Virus record (IMG/VR): IMGVR_UViG_2897328257_000001
Source of the DNA: a virus
Lineage: Duplodnaviria > Heunggongvirae > Uroviricota > Caudoviricetes
Strand: one strand, 5' to 3'
Length of the DNA: 23,636 nucleotides
The first letter of the stretch is position 1. The number at the start of each line of letters is the position of its first letter. Both the position numbers and the translations under genes were made by a program. Shown piece by piece: positions 5,931 to 19,651 of this stretch. The notes under the pieces were generated by a model that was given only the letters and a program-made list of their open reading frames with translations, was not told the DNA's origin and ran no database searches.

Positions 5931-6131
5931 ATGAAAGCGTATTGGGACTCTTTAACCAAAGAACAGCAGGGCGAGTTGGCCGGAAAAGTTGGCTCAACTC
6001 CTGGCTACTTACGGCTGGTTTTCAATGGCTATAAAAAAGCCAGTTTTGTGCTGGCTAAAAAACTTGAGCAATGCACGTCAGGTGCAATTACGAAATCTGA
6101 CTTAAGACCGGATATCTATCCGAAAGATTAG
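5931..6131 (+). CDS. Cro-like small HTH regulator (YdaS/Cro family), 66 aa
   Basis: First gene of the rightward operon, with strong SD; C-terminal ...GAITKSDLRPDIYPKD resembles the YdaS-type Cro signature (KVTRHDLRPD, from memory). Confidence 0.7.
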   Translation: MKAYWDSLTKEQQGELAGKVGSTPGYLRLVFNGYKKASFVLAKKLEQCTSGAITKSDLRPDIYPKD

Positions 6132-6162
6132 CAGAACACTTTCAATTTTTAACCACAGAACG

Positions 6163-6732
6163 ATGAGGCTAATCGTGGGTAAGCATCACTGGAAAATAGA
6201 AAAACAGCCTGAGTGGTACGTGAAAGCTGTCAGAAAAACTATCGCGGCGTTGCCGGGTGGTTACGCTGAAGCGGCTGACTGGCTCGATGTAACAGAAAAC
6301 GCTTTATTCAACCGCCTTCGTGCAGATGGCGATCAGATTTTCCCGCTGGGATGGGCAATGGTTTTACAGCGTGCTGGTGGCACTCACTTCATTGCTGATG
6401 CTGTGGCGCAGTCTGCAAATGGCGTCTTTGTGTCGCTTCCTGACGTCGAGGATGTGGACAACGCCGATATTAACCAGCGTCTGCTGGAAGTCATTGAACA
6501 GATCGGCAGTTATTCAAAACAGATTCGTTCAGCAATCGAAGACGGTGTAGTGGAACCGCATGAGAAGACAGCAATTAACGACGAGCTGTATCTCTCAATT
6601 TCGAAGCTGCAGGAGCATGCAGCACTGGTCTACAAAATCTTTTGCATTTCAGAAAGTAATGACGCCCGCGAGTGTGCAGCTCCGGGCGTCGTGGCGTCGA
6701 TTGCTTCTGGTTGTGGAGAAACTAACGCATGA
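6163..6732 (+). CDS. Hypothetical early regulatory protein, 189 aa, in the cII position (possibly YdaT-like)
   Basis: ORF immediately downstream of the cro-like gene; stop overlaps next start (ATGA); function inferred from position only. Confidence 0.55.
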   Translation: MRLIVGKHHWKIEKQPEWYVKAVRKTIAALPGGYAEAADWLDVTENALFNRLRADGDQIFPLGWAMVLQRAGGTHFIADAVAQSANGVFVSLPDVEDVDNADINQRLLEVIEQIGSYSKQIRSAIEDGVVEPHEKTAINDELYLSISKLQEHAALVYKIFCISESNDARECAAPGVVASIASGCGETNA

Positions 6733-7067
6733 ACAGTTTAACAACACACTACCGTCGCTCGCAACTGATTGCGCTTCCTGTACCGGGTGGAAAAGCGAAG
6801 GTGGAATATTGCTATGCAGTGAATGTACCAGGTGACAGGGAAATTGTAACCCACAGCTTTGCAGAGTGGGCTGTGGGGGATTTCAACCGGCAGAAGGAGA
6901 CAGTCCTTTGCGACAAGTTAACCGCTGGTTCAAAGATCACTACGGAGTGCCCGTCAGAGTCATTCGTTGGGAACCGGAAACACAACGGGTTATCTACCTC
7001 CGCGAAGGCTATGAGCATGAGTGCTTCAGTCCGCTCGAACAGTTTCGTCGTAAATTCAGGGAAATAG
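6729..7067 (+). CDS. Small hypothetical protein; reading frame may shift near 6890-6900 into the overlapping frame ending at 7087 (the alternative ORF is 6866-7087)
   Basis: Two overlapping ORFs: frame-1 N-terminal part and frame-2 C-terminal part look protein-like, while the frame-1 C-terminal part is Ser-rich low-complexity; frame-2 stop overlaps the start of the replication gene. Confidence 0.35.
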   Translation: MNSLTTHYRRSQLIALPVPGGKAKVEYCYAVNVPGDREIVTHSFAEWAVGDFNRQKETVLCDKLTAGSKITTECPSESFVGNRKHNGLSTSAKAMSMSASVRSNSFVVNSGK

Positions 7068-7076
7068 AGGTCGGTC

Positions 7077-8018
7077 ATGAGCACTAAATTAACCGGCTAT
7101 GTATGGGATGGTTGCGCAGCGTCAGGCATGAAATTATCCAGCGTGGCAATTATGGCCCGCCTGGCTGATTTCAGTAATGACGAAGGTGTGTGCTGGCCAT
7201 CGATTGAAACCATTGCCCGCCAGATTGGCGCGGGGATGAGTACCGTCAGAACGGCTATCGCACGGCTGGAAGCAGAAGGCTGGTTAACGCGTAAGGCGCG
7301 TCGCCAGGGTAACCGCAATGCGTCGAATGTTTATCAGCTTAACGTTGCGAAGCTTCAGGCAGCGGCATTTTCTCAACTGTCAGATTCTGACCCGTCAAAA
7401 TCTGACGCATCAAAATCTGACCCGTCAAAATTTGATGCGTCGAAATCTGGCAAAAAAGCGGGTTTTCACCCGTCAGAATCTGGCGGGGATCCGTCAGTAA
7501 AATCAAAACATGATCCGTCAGATAAAAAACCTTCTCGTCCGGACTCTTCGCAACCGGACACGCAGACGGCTGAACAGGATTTTTTAACTCGCCATCCTGA
7601 TGCGGTTGTATTCAGCCCTAAAAAGCGCCAGTGGGGGACGCAGGATGATTTGACCTGCGCACAGTGGCTCTGGAAAAAAATCATCGCCCTGTACGAGCAT
7701 GCCGCCGAATGTGACGGCGAGGTGGTTCGTCCCAAAGAACCGAACTGGACAGCCTGGGCAAACGAAATTCGCCTGATGTGTGTGCAGGATGGTCGTACTC
7801 ATAAACAAATCTGCGAGATGTACAGCCGCGTCAGTCGCGATCCGTTCTGGTGCCGTAACGTGCTCAGCCCGTCGAAGCTGCGGGAAAAATGGGATGAGCT
7901 TTCCCTGCGCTTATCGCCGTCCGTCAGCACGTACACCGAAAAACGCGAAGACCCGTACTTCAAAGCCAGTTACGACAACGTGGACTACAGCCAGATCCCG
8001 GCAGGATTCAGGGGGTGA
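7077..8018 (+). CDS. Replication initiator protein (O-like: N-terminal HTH/winged-helix DNA-binding domain, repeat-encoded linker, C-terminal domain), 313 aa
   Basis: N-terminal ...WPSIETIARQIGAGMSTVRTAIARLEAEGWL... is HTH-like; the gene contains tandem 15-bp DNA repeats (iteron-like) as lambda O contains ori; sits in the replication-module position. Confidence 0.7.
   Translation: MSTKLTGYVWDGCAASGMKLSSVAIMARLADFSNDEGVCWPSIETIARQIGAGMSTVRTAIARLEAEGWLTRKARRQGNRNASNVYQLNVAKLQAAAFSQLSDSDPSKSDASKSDPSKFDASKSGKKAGFHPSESGGDPSVKSKHDPSDKKPSRPDSSQPDTQTAEQDFLTRHPDAVVFSPKKRQWGTQDDLTCAQWLWKKIIALYEHAAECDGEVVRPKEPNWTAWANEIRLMCVQDGRTHKQICEMYSRVSRDPFWCRNVLSPSKLREKWDELSLRLSPSVSTYTEKREDPYFKASYDNVDYSQIPAGFRG
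7392..7451. repeat. Four tandem 15-bp iteron-like repeats (CCGTCAAAATCTGAC consensus) inside the replication initiator gene, with three further dispersed CCGTCAG copies to 7521; candidate replication origin
   Basis: Seen directly: 7392-7406, 7407-7421, 7422-7436, 7437-7451; analogous to lambda ori iterons embedded in gene O. Confidence 0.6.
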
Positions 8019-8020
8019 TC

Positions 8021-8509
8021 ATGAGTCTTTTGAATGACGTTCAGAAATTCATTGAAGCCCATCCGGGGTGTACTTCCGGAGACATTGCGGATGCTTTTGC
8101 AGGTTACTCACGGCAGCGCGTTCTGCAGTCAGCAAGCAAGTTACGTCAGAGCGGGCGTGTGGCTCACCGTTGTGAAGGAGATACACGCAGACATTTCCCG
8201 CGCCTGACTGAGAGAGCGCAGGAACCGGAACCACAACCAGTTCGAGAAACCAGACCTGTGCGCAATTTCTATGTCGGCACTAACGATCCACGGGTGATTT
8301 TGTGCCTGACCCGCCAGGCGGAAGAACTGGAGTCCAGGGGCTTATACCGTCGTGCTGCAACGGTGTGGATGGCGGCATTCCGTGAAAGCCACTCCCAGCA
8401 AGAGCGAAACAATTTTCTTGCGCGTCGTGAGCGGTGTTTACGGAAAAGCAGCAAGCGCGCTGCATCGGGTGAAGAGTGGTATCTGTCAGGGAATTACGTG
8501 GGGGCTTAA
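8021..8509 (+). CDS. Hypothetical protein, 162 aa, with wHTH-like N-terminal segment (possibly YfdN-like)
   Basis: ATG at 8021 preceded by AGGGGG; translationally coupled to the downstream methyltransferase (TAATG overlap). Confidence 0.6.
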   Translation: MSLLNDVQKFIEAHPGCTSGDIADAFAGYSRQRVLQSASKLRQSGRVAHRCEGDTRRHFPRLTERAQEPEPQPVRETRPVRNFYVGTNDPRVILCLTRQAEELESRGLYRRAATVWMAAFRESHSQQERNNFLARRERCLRKSSKRAASGEEWYLSGNYVGA

Positions 8510-9162
8510 TGAGTAATAAATATTGCCAGGCGCTGGTGGAACTGCGGAACAAACCAGCCCATGAACTGAAGGAAGTGGGCGATCAGTGGCGCACGCCGGA
8601 CAACATTTTCTGGGGAATTAACACCCTGTTTGGCCCGTTTGTTCTGGATCTGTTCACTGACGGTGATAACGCCAAATGTGCCGCGTATTACACGGCGGAA
8701 GACAACGCGCTGGCGCATGACTGGTCAGAACGTCTTGCGGAGCTTAAAGGTGCTGCCTTTGGTAATCCCCCATACAGCCGCGCCAGTCAGCATGAGGGGC
8801 AATACATCACCGGCATGCGTTACATCATGAAGCATGCCAGTGCCATGCGTGATAAAGGCGGGCGCTATGTTTTCCTGATTAAAGCTGCCACCAGCGAAGT
8901 GTGGTGGCCGGAAGATGCAGATCATATTGCTTTTATTCGCGGGCGTATTGGTTTTGAACTGCCTGTCTGGTTTATCCCGAAAGACGAGAAGCAGGTACCG
9001 ACAGGCGCTTTCTTCGCTGGTGCTATTGCTGTTTTCGACAAGACCTGGAAGGGACCGGCAATCAGCTACATCGGGCGCGATGAACTTGAGGCATGTGGTG
9101 AGGCCTTTCTGGCGCAGGTTCGCCAGCAGGCGGAAAAACTGGTCAGGGAGATGGCGGCATGA
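8509..9162 (+). CDS. Phage Dam-family N6-adenine DNA methyltransferase, 217 aa
   Basis: Catalytic NPPY motif (FGNPPYS) and overall resemblance to phage orphan N6-adenine methyltransferases; a new ORF begins at 9159 (MTTLTQCQQ...) and is cut by the assembly gap. Confidence 0.85.
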   Translation: MSNKYCQALVELRNKPAHELKEVGDQWRTPDNIFWGINTLFGPFVLDLFTDGDNAKCAAYYTAEDNALAHDWSERLAELKGAAFGNPPYSRASQHEGQYITGMRYIMKHASAMRDKGGRYVFLIKAATSEVWWPEDADHIAFIRGRIGFELPVWFIPKDEKQVPTGAFFAGAIAVFDKTWKGPAISYIGRDELEACGEAFLAQVRQQAEKLVREMAA

Positions 9163-9187
9163 CGACGTTAACTCAATGCCAGCAGCA

Positions 9188-9198
9188 NNNNNNNNNNN
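9188..9198. other. Assembly gap (11 N); unknown true length
   Basis: Run of n characters; flanked on the right by the IS left end, i.e. a typical repeat-induced contig break. Confidence 0.99.
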
Positions 9199-10440
<1,242 letters not shown>

Positions 10441-10448
10441 CCACTACA

Positions 10449-10605
10449 GATGCAGAAAGCGGCAGGGCTTGCCGGAGGCGTCCGCTTTGGCCCGGACGTG
10501 AATGAAGTTATCCCCGTTTCCCCGGATGAGGCGGACATGACGGAGGATGACGTAATGCTGATGACAGTATCAGAAGGGATCGCAGGAGGAGTCCGGTATG
10601 GCTGA
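10449..10605 (+). pseudogene. T: 3' fragment of lambda-like tail assembly chaperone gene T (G-T), truncated by the IS insertion
   Basis: Frame ending ...MLMTVSEGIAGGVRYG* directly abuts the IS right end and overlaps the H start as in lambda; the 5' part of G/T is absent. Confidence 0.6.
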
Positions 10606-13159
10606 ACCGGTAGGCGATCTGGTCGTTGATTTAAGTCTGGATGCGGCCAGATTTGACGAGCAGATGGCCAGAGTCAGGCGTCATTTTTCCAGTACGGAAA
10701 GTGATGCGAAAAAAACAGCGGCAGTCGTTGAACAGTCGCTGAGCCGACAGGCGCTGGCTGCACAGAAAGCGGGGATTTCCGTCGGGCAGTATAAAGCTGC
10801 CATGCGTATGCTGCCTGCGCAGTTCACCGACGTGGCCACGCAGCTTGCAGGCGGGCAAAGTCCGTGGCTGATCCTGCTGCAACAGGGTGGTCAGGTGAAG
10901 GACTCCTTCGGCGGGATGATCCCCATGTTCAGGGGGCTTGCCGGTGCGATCACCCTGCCGATGGTCGGGGCCACCTCGCTGGCGGTGGCGACCGGTGCGC
11001 TGGCGTATGCCTGGTATCAGGGCAACTCAACCCTGTCCGATTTCAACAAAACGCTGGTCCTTTCCGGCAATCAGTCGGGTCTGACGGCAGATCGTATGCT
11101 GGTCCTGTCCAGAGCCGGGCAGGCGGCAGGGCTGACGTTTAACCAGACCAGCGAGTCACTCAGCGCACTGGTTAAGGCGGGAGTAAGCGGTGAGGCTCAG
11201 ATTGCATCCATCAGCCAGAGTGTGGCGCGTTTCTCCTCTGCATCCGGCGTGGAGGTGGACAAGGTCGCTGAAGCCTTCGGGAAGCTGACCACAGACCCGA
11301 CGTCAGGGCTGACAGCGATGGCACGCCAGTTCCATAACGTGACGGCGGAGCAGATTGCGTATGTTGCTCAGTTGCAGCGTTCCGGCGATGAAGCCGGGGC
11401 ATTGCAGGCGGCGAACGAGGCCGCGACGAAAGGGTTTGATGACCAGACCCGCCGCCTGAAAGAGAACATGGGTACGCTGGAGACCTGGGCAGACAGGACA
11501 GCGCGGGCATTCAAATCCATGTGGGATGCGGTGCTGGATATTGGTCGTCCTGATACCGCTCAGGAGATGCTGATTAAGGCAGAGGCTGCGTTTAAGAAAG
11601 CGGACGACATCTGGAGTCTGCGCAAGGATGATTATTTTGTTAACGATGAAGCGCGGGCGCGTTACTGGGATGATCGTGAAAAGGCCCGTCTTGCGCTTGA
11701 AGCCGCGAGAAAGAAGGCTGAACAGCAGAGTCAACAGGACAAAAATGCGCAGCAGCAGAGCGATACTGAAGCGTCACGGCTGAAATATACCGAAGAGGCG
11801 CAGAAAGCTTACGAACGGCTGCAGACGCCGCTGGAGAAATATACCGCCCGTCAGGAAGAACTGAACAAGGCACTGAAGGACGGGAAAATTCTGCAGGCAG
11901 ATTACAACACGCTGATGGCGGCGGCGAAAAAGGACTATGAAGCGACGCTGAAAAAGCCGAAACAGTCCGGCGTGAAGGTGTCTGCGGGCGATCGTCAGGA
12001 AGACAGTGCTCATGCTGCCCTGCTGACGCTTCAGGCTGAACTCCGGACGCTGGAGAAGCATGCCGGAGCAAATGAGAAAATCAGCCAGCAGCGCCGGGAT
12101 TTGTGGAAGGCGGAGAGTCAGTTCGCGGTACTGGAGGAGGCGGCGCAACGTCGCCAGCTGTCTGCACAGGAGAAATCCCTGCTGGCGCATAAAGATGAGA
12201 CGCTGGAGTACAAACTCCAGCTGGCTGCACTTGGCGACAAGGTTACGTATCAGGAGCGCCTGAACGCGCTGGCGCAGCAGGCGGATAAATTCGCACAGCA
12301 GCAACGGGCAAAACGGGCCGCCATTGATGCGAAAAGCCGGGGGCTGACTGACCGGCAGGCAGAACGGGAAGCCACGGAACAGCGCCTGAAGGAACAGTAT
12401 GGCGATAATCCGCTGGCGCTGAATAACGTCATGTCAGAGCTGAAAAAGACCTGGGCGGCTGAAGACCAGCTTCGCGGGAGCTGGATGGCAGGCCTGAAGT
12501 CCGGCTGGAGTGAGTGGGAAGAGAGCGCCACGGACAGTATGTCGCAGGTAAAAAGTGCAGCCACGCAGACCTTTGATGGTATTGCACAGAATATGGCGGC
12601 GATGCTGACCGGCAGTGAGCAGAACTGGCGCAGCTTCACCCGTTCCGTGCTGTCCATGATGACAGAAATTCTGCTTAAGCAGGCAATGGTGGGGATTGTC
12701 GGGAGTATCGGCAGCGCTATTGGCGGGGCTGTTGGTGGCGGCGCATCCGCGTCAGGCGGTACAGCCATTCAGGCCGCTGCGGCGAAATTCCATTTTGCAA
12801 CCGGAGGATTTACGGGAACCGGCGGCAAATATGAGCCAGCGGGGATTGTTCACCGTGGTGAATTTGTCTTCACAAAGGAGGCAACCAGCCGGATTGGCGT
12901 GGGGAATCTCTACCGGCTGATGCGCGGCTATGCCACCGGTGGTTATGTCGGTACACCGGGCAGTCTGGCTGACAGCCGGTCGCAGGCGTCCGGGACGTTT
13001 GAGCAGAATAACCATGTGGTGATTAACAACGACGGCACGAACGGGCAGATAGGTCCGGCTGCTCTGAAGGCGGTGTATGACATGGCCCGCAAGGGTGCCC
13101 GTGATGAAATTCAGACACAGATGCGTGATGGTGGACTGTTCTCCGGAGGTGGACGATGA
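10598..13159 (+). CDS. H: Tail tape measure protein (lambda gpH-like), 853 aa
   Basis: Near-identical in recollection to lambda H (MAEPVGDLVVDLSLDAARFDEQ...); size and position upstream of M-L-K-I-J. Confidence 0.95.
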   Translation: MAEPVGDLVVDLSLDAARFDEQMARVRRHFSSTESDAKKTAAVVEQSLSRQALAAQKAGISVGQYKAAMRMLPAQFTDVATQLAGGQSPWLILLQQGGQVKDSFGGMIPMFRGLAGAITLPMVGATSLAVATGALAYAWYQGNSTLSDFNKTLVLSGNQSGLTADRMLVLSRAGQAAGLTFNQTSESLSALVKAGVSGEAQIASISQSVARFSSASGVEVDKVAEAFGKLTTDPTSGLTAMARQFHNVTAEQIAYVAQLQRSGDEAGALQAANEAATKGFDDQTRRLKENMGTLETWADRTARAFKSMWDAVLDIGRPDTAQEMLIKAEAAFKKADDIWSLRKDDYFVNDEARARYWDDREKARLALEAARKKAEQQSQQDKNAQQQSDTEASRLKYTEEAQKAYERLQTPLEKYTARQEELNKALKDGKILQADYNTLMAAAKKDYEATLKKPKQSGVKVSAGDRQEDSAHAALLTLQAELRTLEKHAGANEKISQQRRDLWKAESQFAVLEEAAQRRQLSAQEKSLLAHKDETLEYKLQLAALGDKVTYQERLNALAQQADKFAQQQRAKRAAIDAKSRGLTDRQAEREATEQRLKEQYGDNPLALNNVMSELKKTWAAEDQLRGSWMAGLKSGWSEWEESATDSMSQVKSAATQTFDGIAQNMAAMLTGSEQNWRSFTRSVLSMMTEILLKQAMVGIVGSIGSAIGGAVGGGASASGGTAIQAAAAKFHFATGGFTGTGGKYEPAGIVHRGEFVFTKEATSRIGVGNLYRLMRGYATGGYVGTPGSLADSRSQASGTFEQNNHVVINNDGTNGQIGPAALKAVYDMARKGARDEIQTQMRDGGLFSGGGR

Positions 13160-13485
13160 AAACCTTCCGCTGGAAAGTGAAACCCGGTATGGATGTGGCT
13201 TCGGCCCCTTCTGTAAGAAAGGTGCGCTTTGGTGATGGCTATTCCCAGCGAGCGCCTGCCGGGCTGAATGCCAACCTGAAAACGTACAGCGTGACGCTTT
13301 CTGTCCCCCGTGAGGAGGCCACGGTACTGGAGTCGTTTCTGGAAGAGCACGGGGGCTGGAAAGCCTTTCTGTGGACGCCGCCTTATGAGTGGCGGCAGAT
13401 AAAGGTGACCTGCGCAAAATGGTCGTCGCGGGTCAGTATGCTGCGTGTTGAGTTCAGCGCAGAGTTTGAACAGGTGGTGAACTGA
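13156..13485 (+). CDS. M: Minor tail protein M (lambda gpM-like), 109 aa
   Basis: MKTFRWKVKPGMDVASAPSV...; ATGA overlap with the H stop. Confidence 0.95.
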   Translation: MKTFRWKVKPGMDVASAPSVRKVRFGDGYSQRAPAGLNANLKTYSVTLSVPREEATVLESFLEEHGGWKAFLWTPPYEWRQIKVTCAKWSSRVSMLRVEFSAEFEQVVN

Positions 13486-14183
13486 TGCAGGATATCCGGC
13501 AGGAAACACTGAATGAATGCACCCGTGCGGAGCAGTCGGCCAGCGTGGTGCTCTGGGAAATCGACCTGACAGAGGTCGGTGGAGAACGTTATTTTTTCTG
13601 TAATGAGCAGAACGAAAAAGGTGTGCCGGTCACCTGGCAGGGGCGACAGTATCAGCCGTATCCCATTCAGGGGAGTGGTTTTGAACTGAATGGCAAAGGC
13701 ACCAGTACGCGCCCCACGCTGACGGTTTCTAACCTGTACGGTATGGTCACCGGGATGGCGGAAGATCTGCAGAGTCTGGTCGGCGGAACGGTGGTCCGGC
13801 GTAAGGTTTACGCCCGTTTTCTGGATGCGGTGAACTTCGTCAACGGAAACAGTGACGCCGATCCGGAGCAGGAGGTGATCAGCCGCTGGCGCATCGAGCA
13901 GTGCAGCGAACTGAGCGCGGTGAGTGCCTCCTTTGTACTGTCCACGCCGACGGAAACGGATGGCGCTGTTTTTCCGGGACGTATCATGCTGGCCAACACC
14001 TGCACCTGGACCTATCGCGGTGATGAGTGCGGTTATCACGGTCCGGCAGTCGCGGATGAATATGACCAGCCGACGTCCGATATCACGAAGGATAAATGCA
14101 GCAAATGCCTGAGCGGCTGTAAGTTTCGCAATAACGTCGGCAACTTTGGCGGCTTCCTTTCCATTAACAAACTTTCGCAGTAA
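13485..14183 (+). CDS. L: Minor tail protein L (lambda gpL-like, Cys-rich C-terminus), 232 aa
   Basis: MQDIRQETLNECTRAEQSASVVLWEIDLTEVGGERYFF...; C-terminal cysteine cluster. Confidence 0.95.
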   Translation: MQDIRQETLNECTRAEQSASVVLWEIDLTEVGGERYFFCNEQNEKGVPVTWQGRQYQPYPIQGSGFELNGKGTSTRPTLTVSNLYGMVTGMAEDLQSLVGGTVVRRKVYARFLDAVNFVNGNSDADPEQEVISRWRIEQCSELSAVSASFVLSTPTETDGAVFPGRIMLANTCTWTYRGDECGYHGPAVADEYDQPTSDITKDKCSKCLSGCKFRNNVGNFGGFLSINKLSQ

Positions 14184-14187
14184 TCCC

Positions 14188-14931
14188 ATGACAGAGACAG
14201 AATCAGCGATTCTGGCGCACGCCCGGCGATGTGCGCCAGCGGAGTCGTGCGGCTTCGTGGTGAGAGCGCCGGAGGGGGAAAGATATTTTCCCTGCGTGAA
14301 TATTTCCGGTGAGCCGGAGGATTATTTCCGGATGGCTCCGGAGGACTGGCTGCAGGCAGAGATGCAGGGTGAGATTGTGGCACTGGTCCACAGTCATCCC
14401 GGTGGTCTGCCCTGGCTGAGTGAGGCTGACCGGCGGCTGCAGGTGCAGAGTGATTTGCCGTGGTGGCTGGTCTGCCGGGGGGCGATTCACAAGTTCCGCT
14501 GTGTGCCGCATCTCACCGGGCGGCGCTTTGAGCACGGGGTGACGGACTGTTACACGCTGTTCCGGGATGCTTATCATCTGGCGGGGATTGAGATGCCGGA
14601 TTTTCATCGCGGGGATGACTGGTGGCGTCACGGTCAGAATCTCTATCTGGATAATCTGGAGGCCACAGGGCTGTATCAGGTGCCGTTGTCATCAGCACAA
14701 CCGGGCGATGTGCTGCTGTGTTGTTTTGGTTCATCGGTGCCGAATCATGCCGCCATTTACTGTGGTGATGGCGAGCTGCTGCACCATATTCCTGAACAAC
14801 TGAGCAAACGAGAGAGGTATACCGACAAATGGCAGCGACGCACACACTCCCTCTGGCGTCACCGGTCATGGCGCGCATCTGCCTTTACGGGGATTTGCAA
14901 CGATTTGGCCGCCGCATCGACCTTCGTGTGA
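14188..14931 (+). CDS. K: Tail assembly protein K (lambda gpK-like, NlpC/P60 and JAB-type domains), 247 aa
   Basis: Starts MTETESAILAHARRCAPAESCGFVV... at ATG 14188 (the ORF-track upstream extension is not used in lambda). Confidence 0.93.
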   Translation: MTETESAILAHARRCAPAESCGFVVRAPEGERYFPCVNISGEPEDYFRMAPEDWLQAEMQGEIVALVHSHPGGLPWLSEADRRLQVQSDLPWWLVCRGAIHKFRCVPHLTGRRFEHGVTDCYTLFRDAYHLAGIEMPDFHRGDDWWRHGQNLYLDNLEATGLYQVPLSSAQPGDVLLCCFGSSVPNHAAIYCGDGELLHHIPEQLSKRERYTDKWQRRTHSLWRHRSWRASAFTGICNDLAAASTFV

Positions 14932-15500
14932 AAACGGGGGCTGAAGCCATCCGCGCACTGGCCACACAGCTCCCGGCGTTTCGTCAGAAACTGAGCGACG
15001 GCTGGTATCAGGTACGGATTGCCGGGCAGGATGTCAGCACGTCCGGATTAACGGCGCAGTTACATGAGACTCTGCCTGATGGCGCTGTGATTCATATTGT
15101 TCCCAGAGTCGCCGGGGCCAAGTCAGGTGGTGTATTCCAGATTGTCCTGGGAGCAGCCGCCATTGCCGGATCATTCTTTACCGCCGGAGCCACCCTTACA
15201 GCATGGGGGGCAGCCATTGGGGCCGGTGGTATGACCGGCATCCTGTTTTCTCTCGGTGCCAGTATGGTGCTCGGTGGTGTGGCGCAGATGCTGGCACCGA
15301 AAGCCCGGACGCCCACAGCGACCAGCACGGATAACGGTAAGCAGAACACCTATTTTTCATCACTGGATAACATGGTTGCCCAGGGCAATGTTCTGCCTGT
15401 TCTGTACGGTGAAATGCGCGTGGGGTCACGCGTGGTTTCTCAGGAGATCAGCACGGCAGACGAAGGGGATGGTGGTCAGGTTGTGGTGATTGGTCGCTGA
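14829..15500 (+). CDS. I: Tail assembly protein I (lambda gpI-like), 223 aa; overlaps the K 3' end as in lambda
   Basis: MAATHTLPLASPVMARICLYGDLQRFGRRIDLRVKTGAEAIRALATQ... Confidence 0.93.
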   Translation: MAATHTLPLASPVMARICLYGDLQRFGRRIDLRVKTGAEAIRALATQLPAFRQKLSDGWYQVRIAGQDVSTSGLTAQLHETLPDGAVIHIVPRVAGAKSGGVFQIVLGAAAIAGSFFTAGATLTAWGAAIGAGGMTGILFSLGASMVLGGVAQMLAPKARTPTATSTDNGKQNTYFSSLDNMVAQGNVLPVLYGEMRVGSRVVSQEISTADEGDGGQVVVIGR

Positions 15501-15557
15501 TGCAAAATGTTTTATGTGAAACCGCCTGCGGGAGGTTTTGTCGTTTATGGAGCGTGA

Positions 15558-18959
<3,402 letters not shown>

Positions 18960-18977
18960 ATTTTATAACCCATAACG

Positions 18978-19001
18978 GGCGTCAGAAATGACGCCTTTTT
19001 T
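18978..19001 (+). terminator. Rho-independent terminator after J (GGCGTCA-GAAA-TGACGCC + TTTTTT)
   Basis: Perfect 7-bp stem with GNRA tetraloop and T-tract. Confidence 0.8.
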
Positions 19002-19025
19002 ATTGCAGAAAAGCGAGAGGTAATT

Positions 19026-19625
19026 ATGCGTAAACTTTATGCCGCCATTTTGTCCGCAGCCATTTGTCTGGCCGTATCCGGTGCGCCTGCATGGGCGTCT
19101 GAACATCAGTCCACGCTGAGCGCGGGGTATCTTCATGCCTCGACGAACGTTCCCGGCAGCGATGATCTGAACGGGATTAACGTGAAATACCGTTATGAGT
19201 TTACGGACACACTGGGGATGGTGACGTCATTCAGCTATGCAGGAGACAAGAATCGCCAGCTGACCCATTACAGCGATACCCGCTGGCATGAAGATTCCGT
19301 GCGTAACCGCTGGTTCAGCGTGATGGCGGGGCCGTCTGTGCGCGTGAATGAATGGTTCAGCGCGTATGCGATGGCGGGTGTGGCTTACAGCCGTGTGTCG
19401 ACTTTCTCCGGGGATTATCTTCGCGTAACTGACAACAAGGGGAAAACGCACGATGTGCTGACCGGAAGTGATGACGGTCGCCACAGCAACACGTCTCTGG
19501 CGTGGGGAGCTGGCGTGCAGTTTAACCCGACCGAATCCGTGGCCATTGATATTGCTTATGAAGGTTCCGGCAGTGGCGACTGGCGCACTGACGGTTTCAT
19601 CGTGGGTGTCGGTTATAAGTTCTGA
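19026..19625 (+). CDS. lom: Lom outer-membrane protein (Ail/PagC/OmpX family beta-barrel), 199 aa; lysogen-expressed moron
   Basis: Signal peptide MRKLYAAILSAAICLAVSGAPAWA; ends in aromatic-rich beta-strand ...VGVGYKF; near-identical in recollection to lambda Lom. Confidence 0.93.
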   Translation: MRKLYAAILSAAICLAVSGAPAWASEHQSTLSAGYLHASTNVPGSDDLNGINVKYRYEFTDTLGMVTSFSYAGDKNRQLTHYSDTRWHEDSVRNRWFSVMAGPSVRVNEWFSAYAMAGVAYSRVSTFSGDYLRVTDNKGKTHDVLTGSDDGRHSNTSLAWGAGVQFNPTESVAIDIAYEGSGSGDWRTDGFIVGVGYKF

Positions 19626-19651
19626 TTAGCCAGGTAACACAGTGTTATGAC

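Noticed and set aside
5628-6131. 167-aa ORF-track extension of the cro-like gene upstream into the operator region
   Set aside because: The extension runs antisense through the repressor gene and operators; a strong SD plus ATG at 5931 defines a 66-aa Cro-sized protein.
10631-13509. Multiple 80-220-aa ORFs antisense or out of frame within tail genes H and M
   Set aside because: Embedded in well-supported lambda-like tail genes; GC-rich sequence yields spurious open frames.
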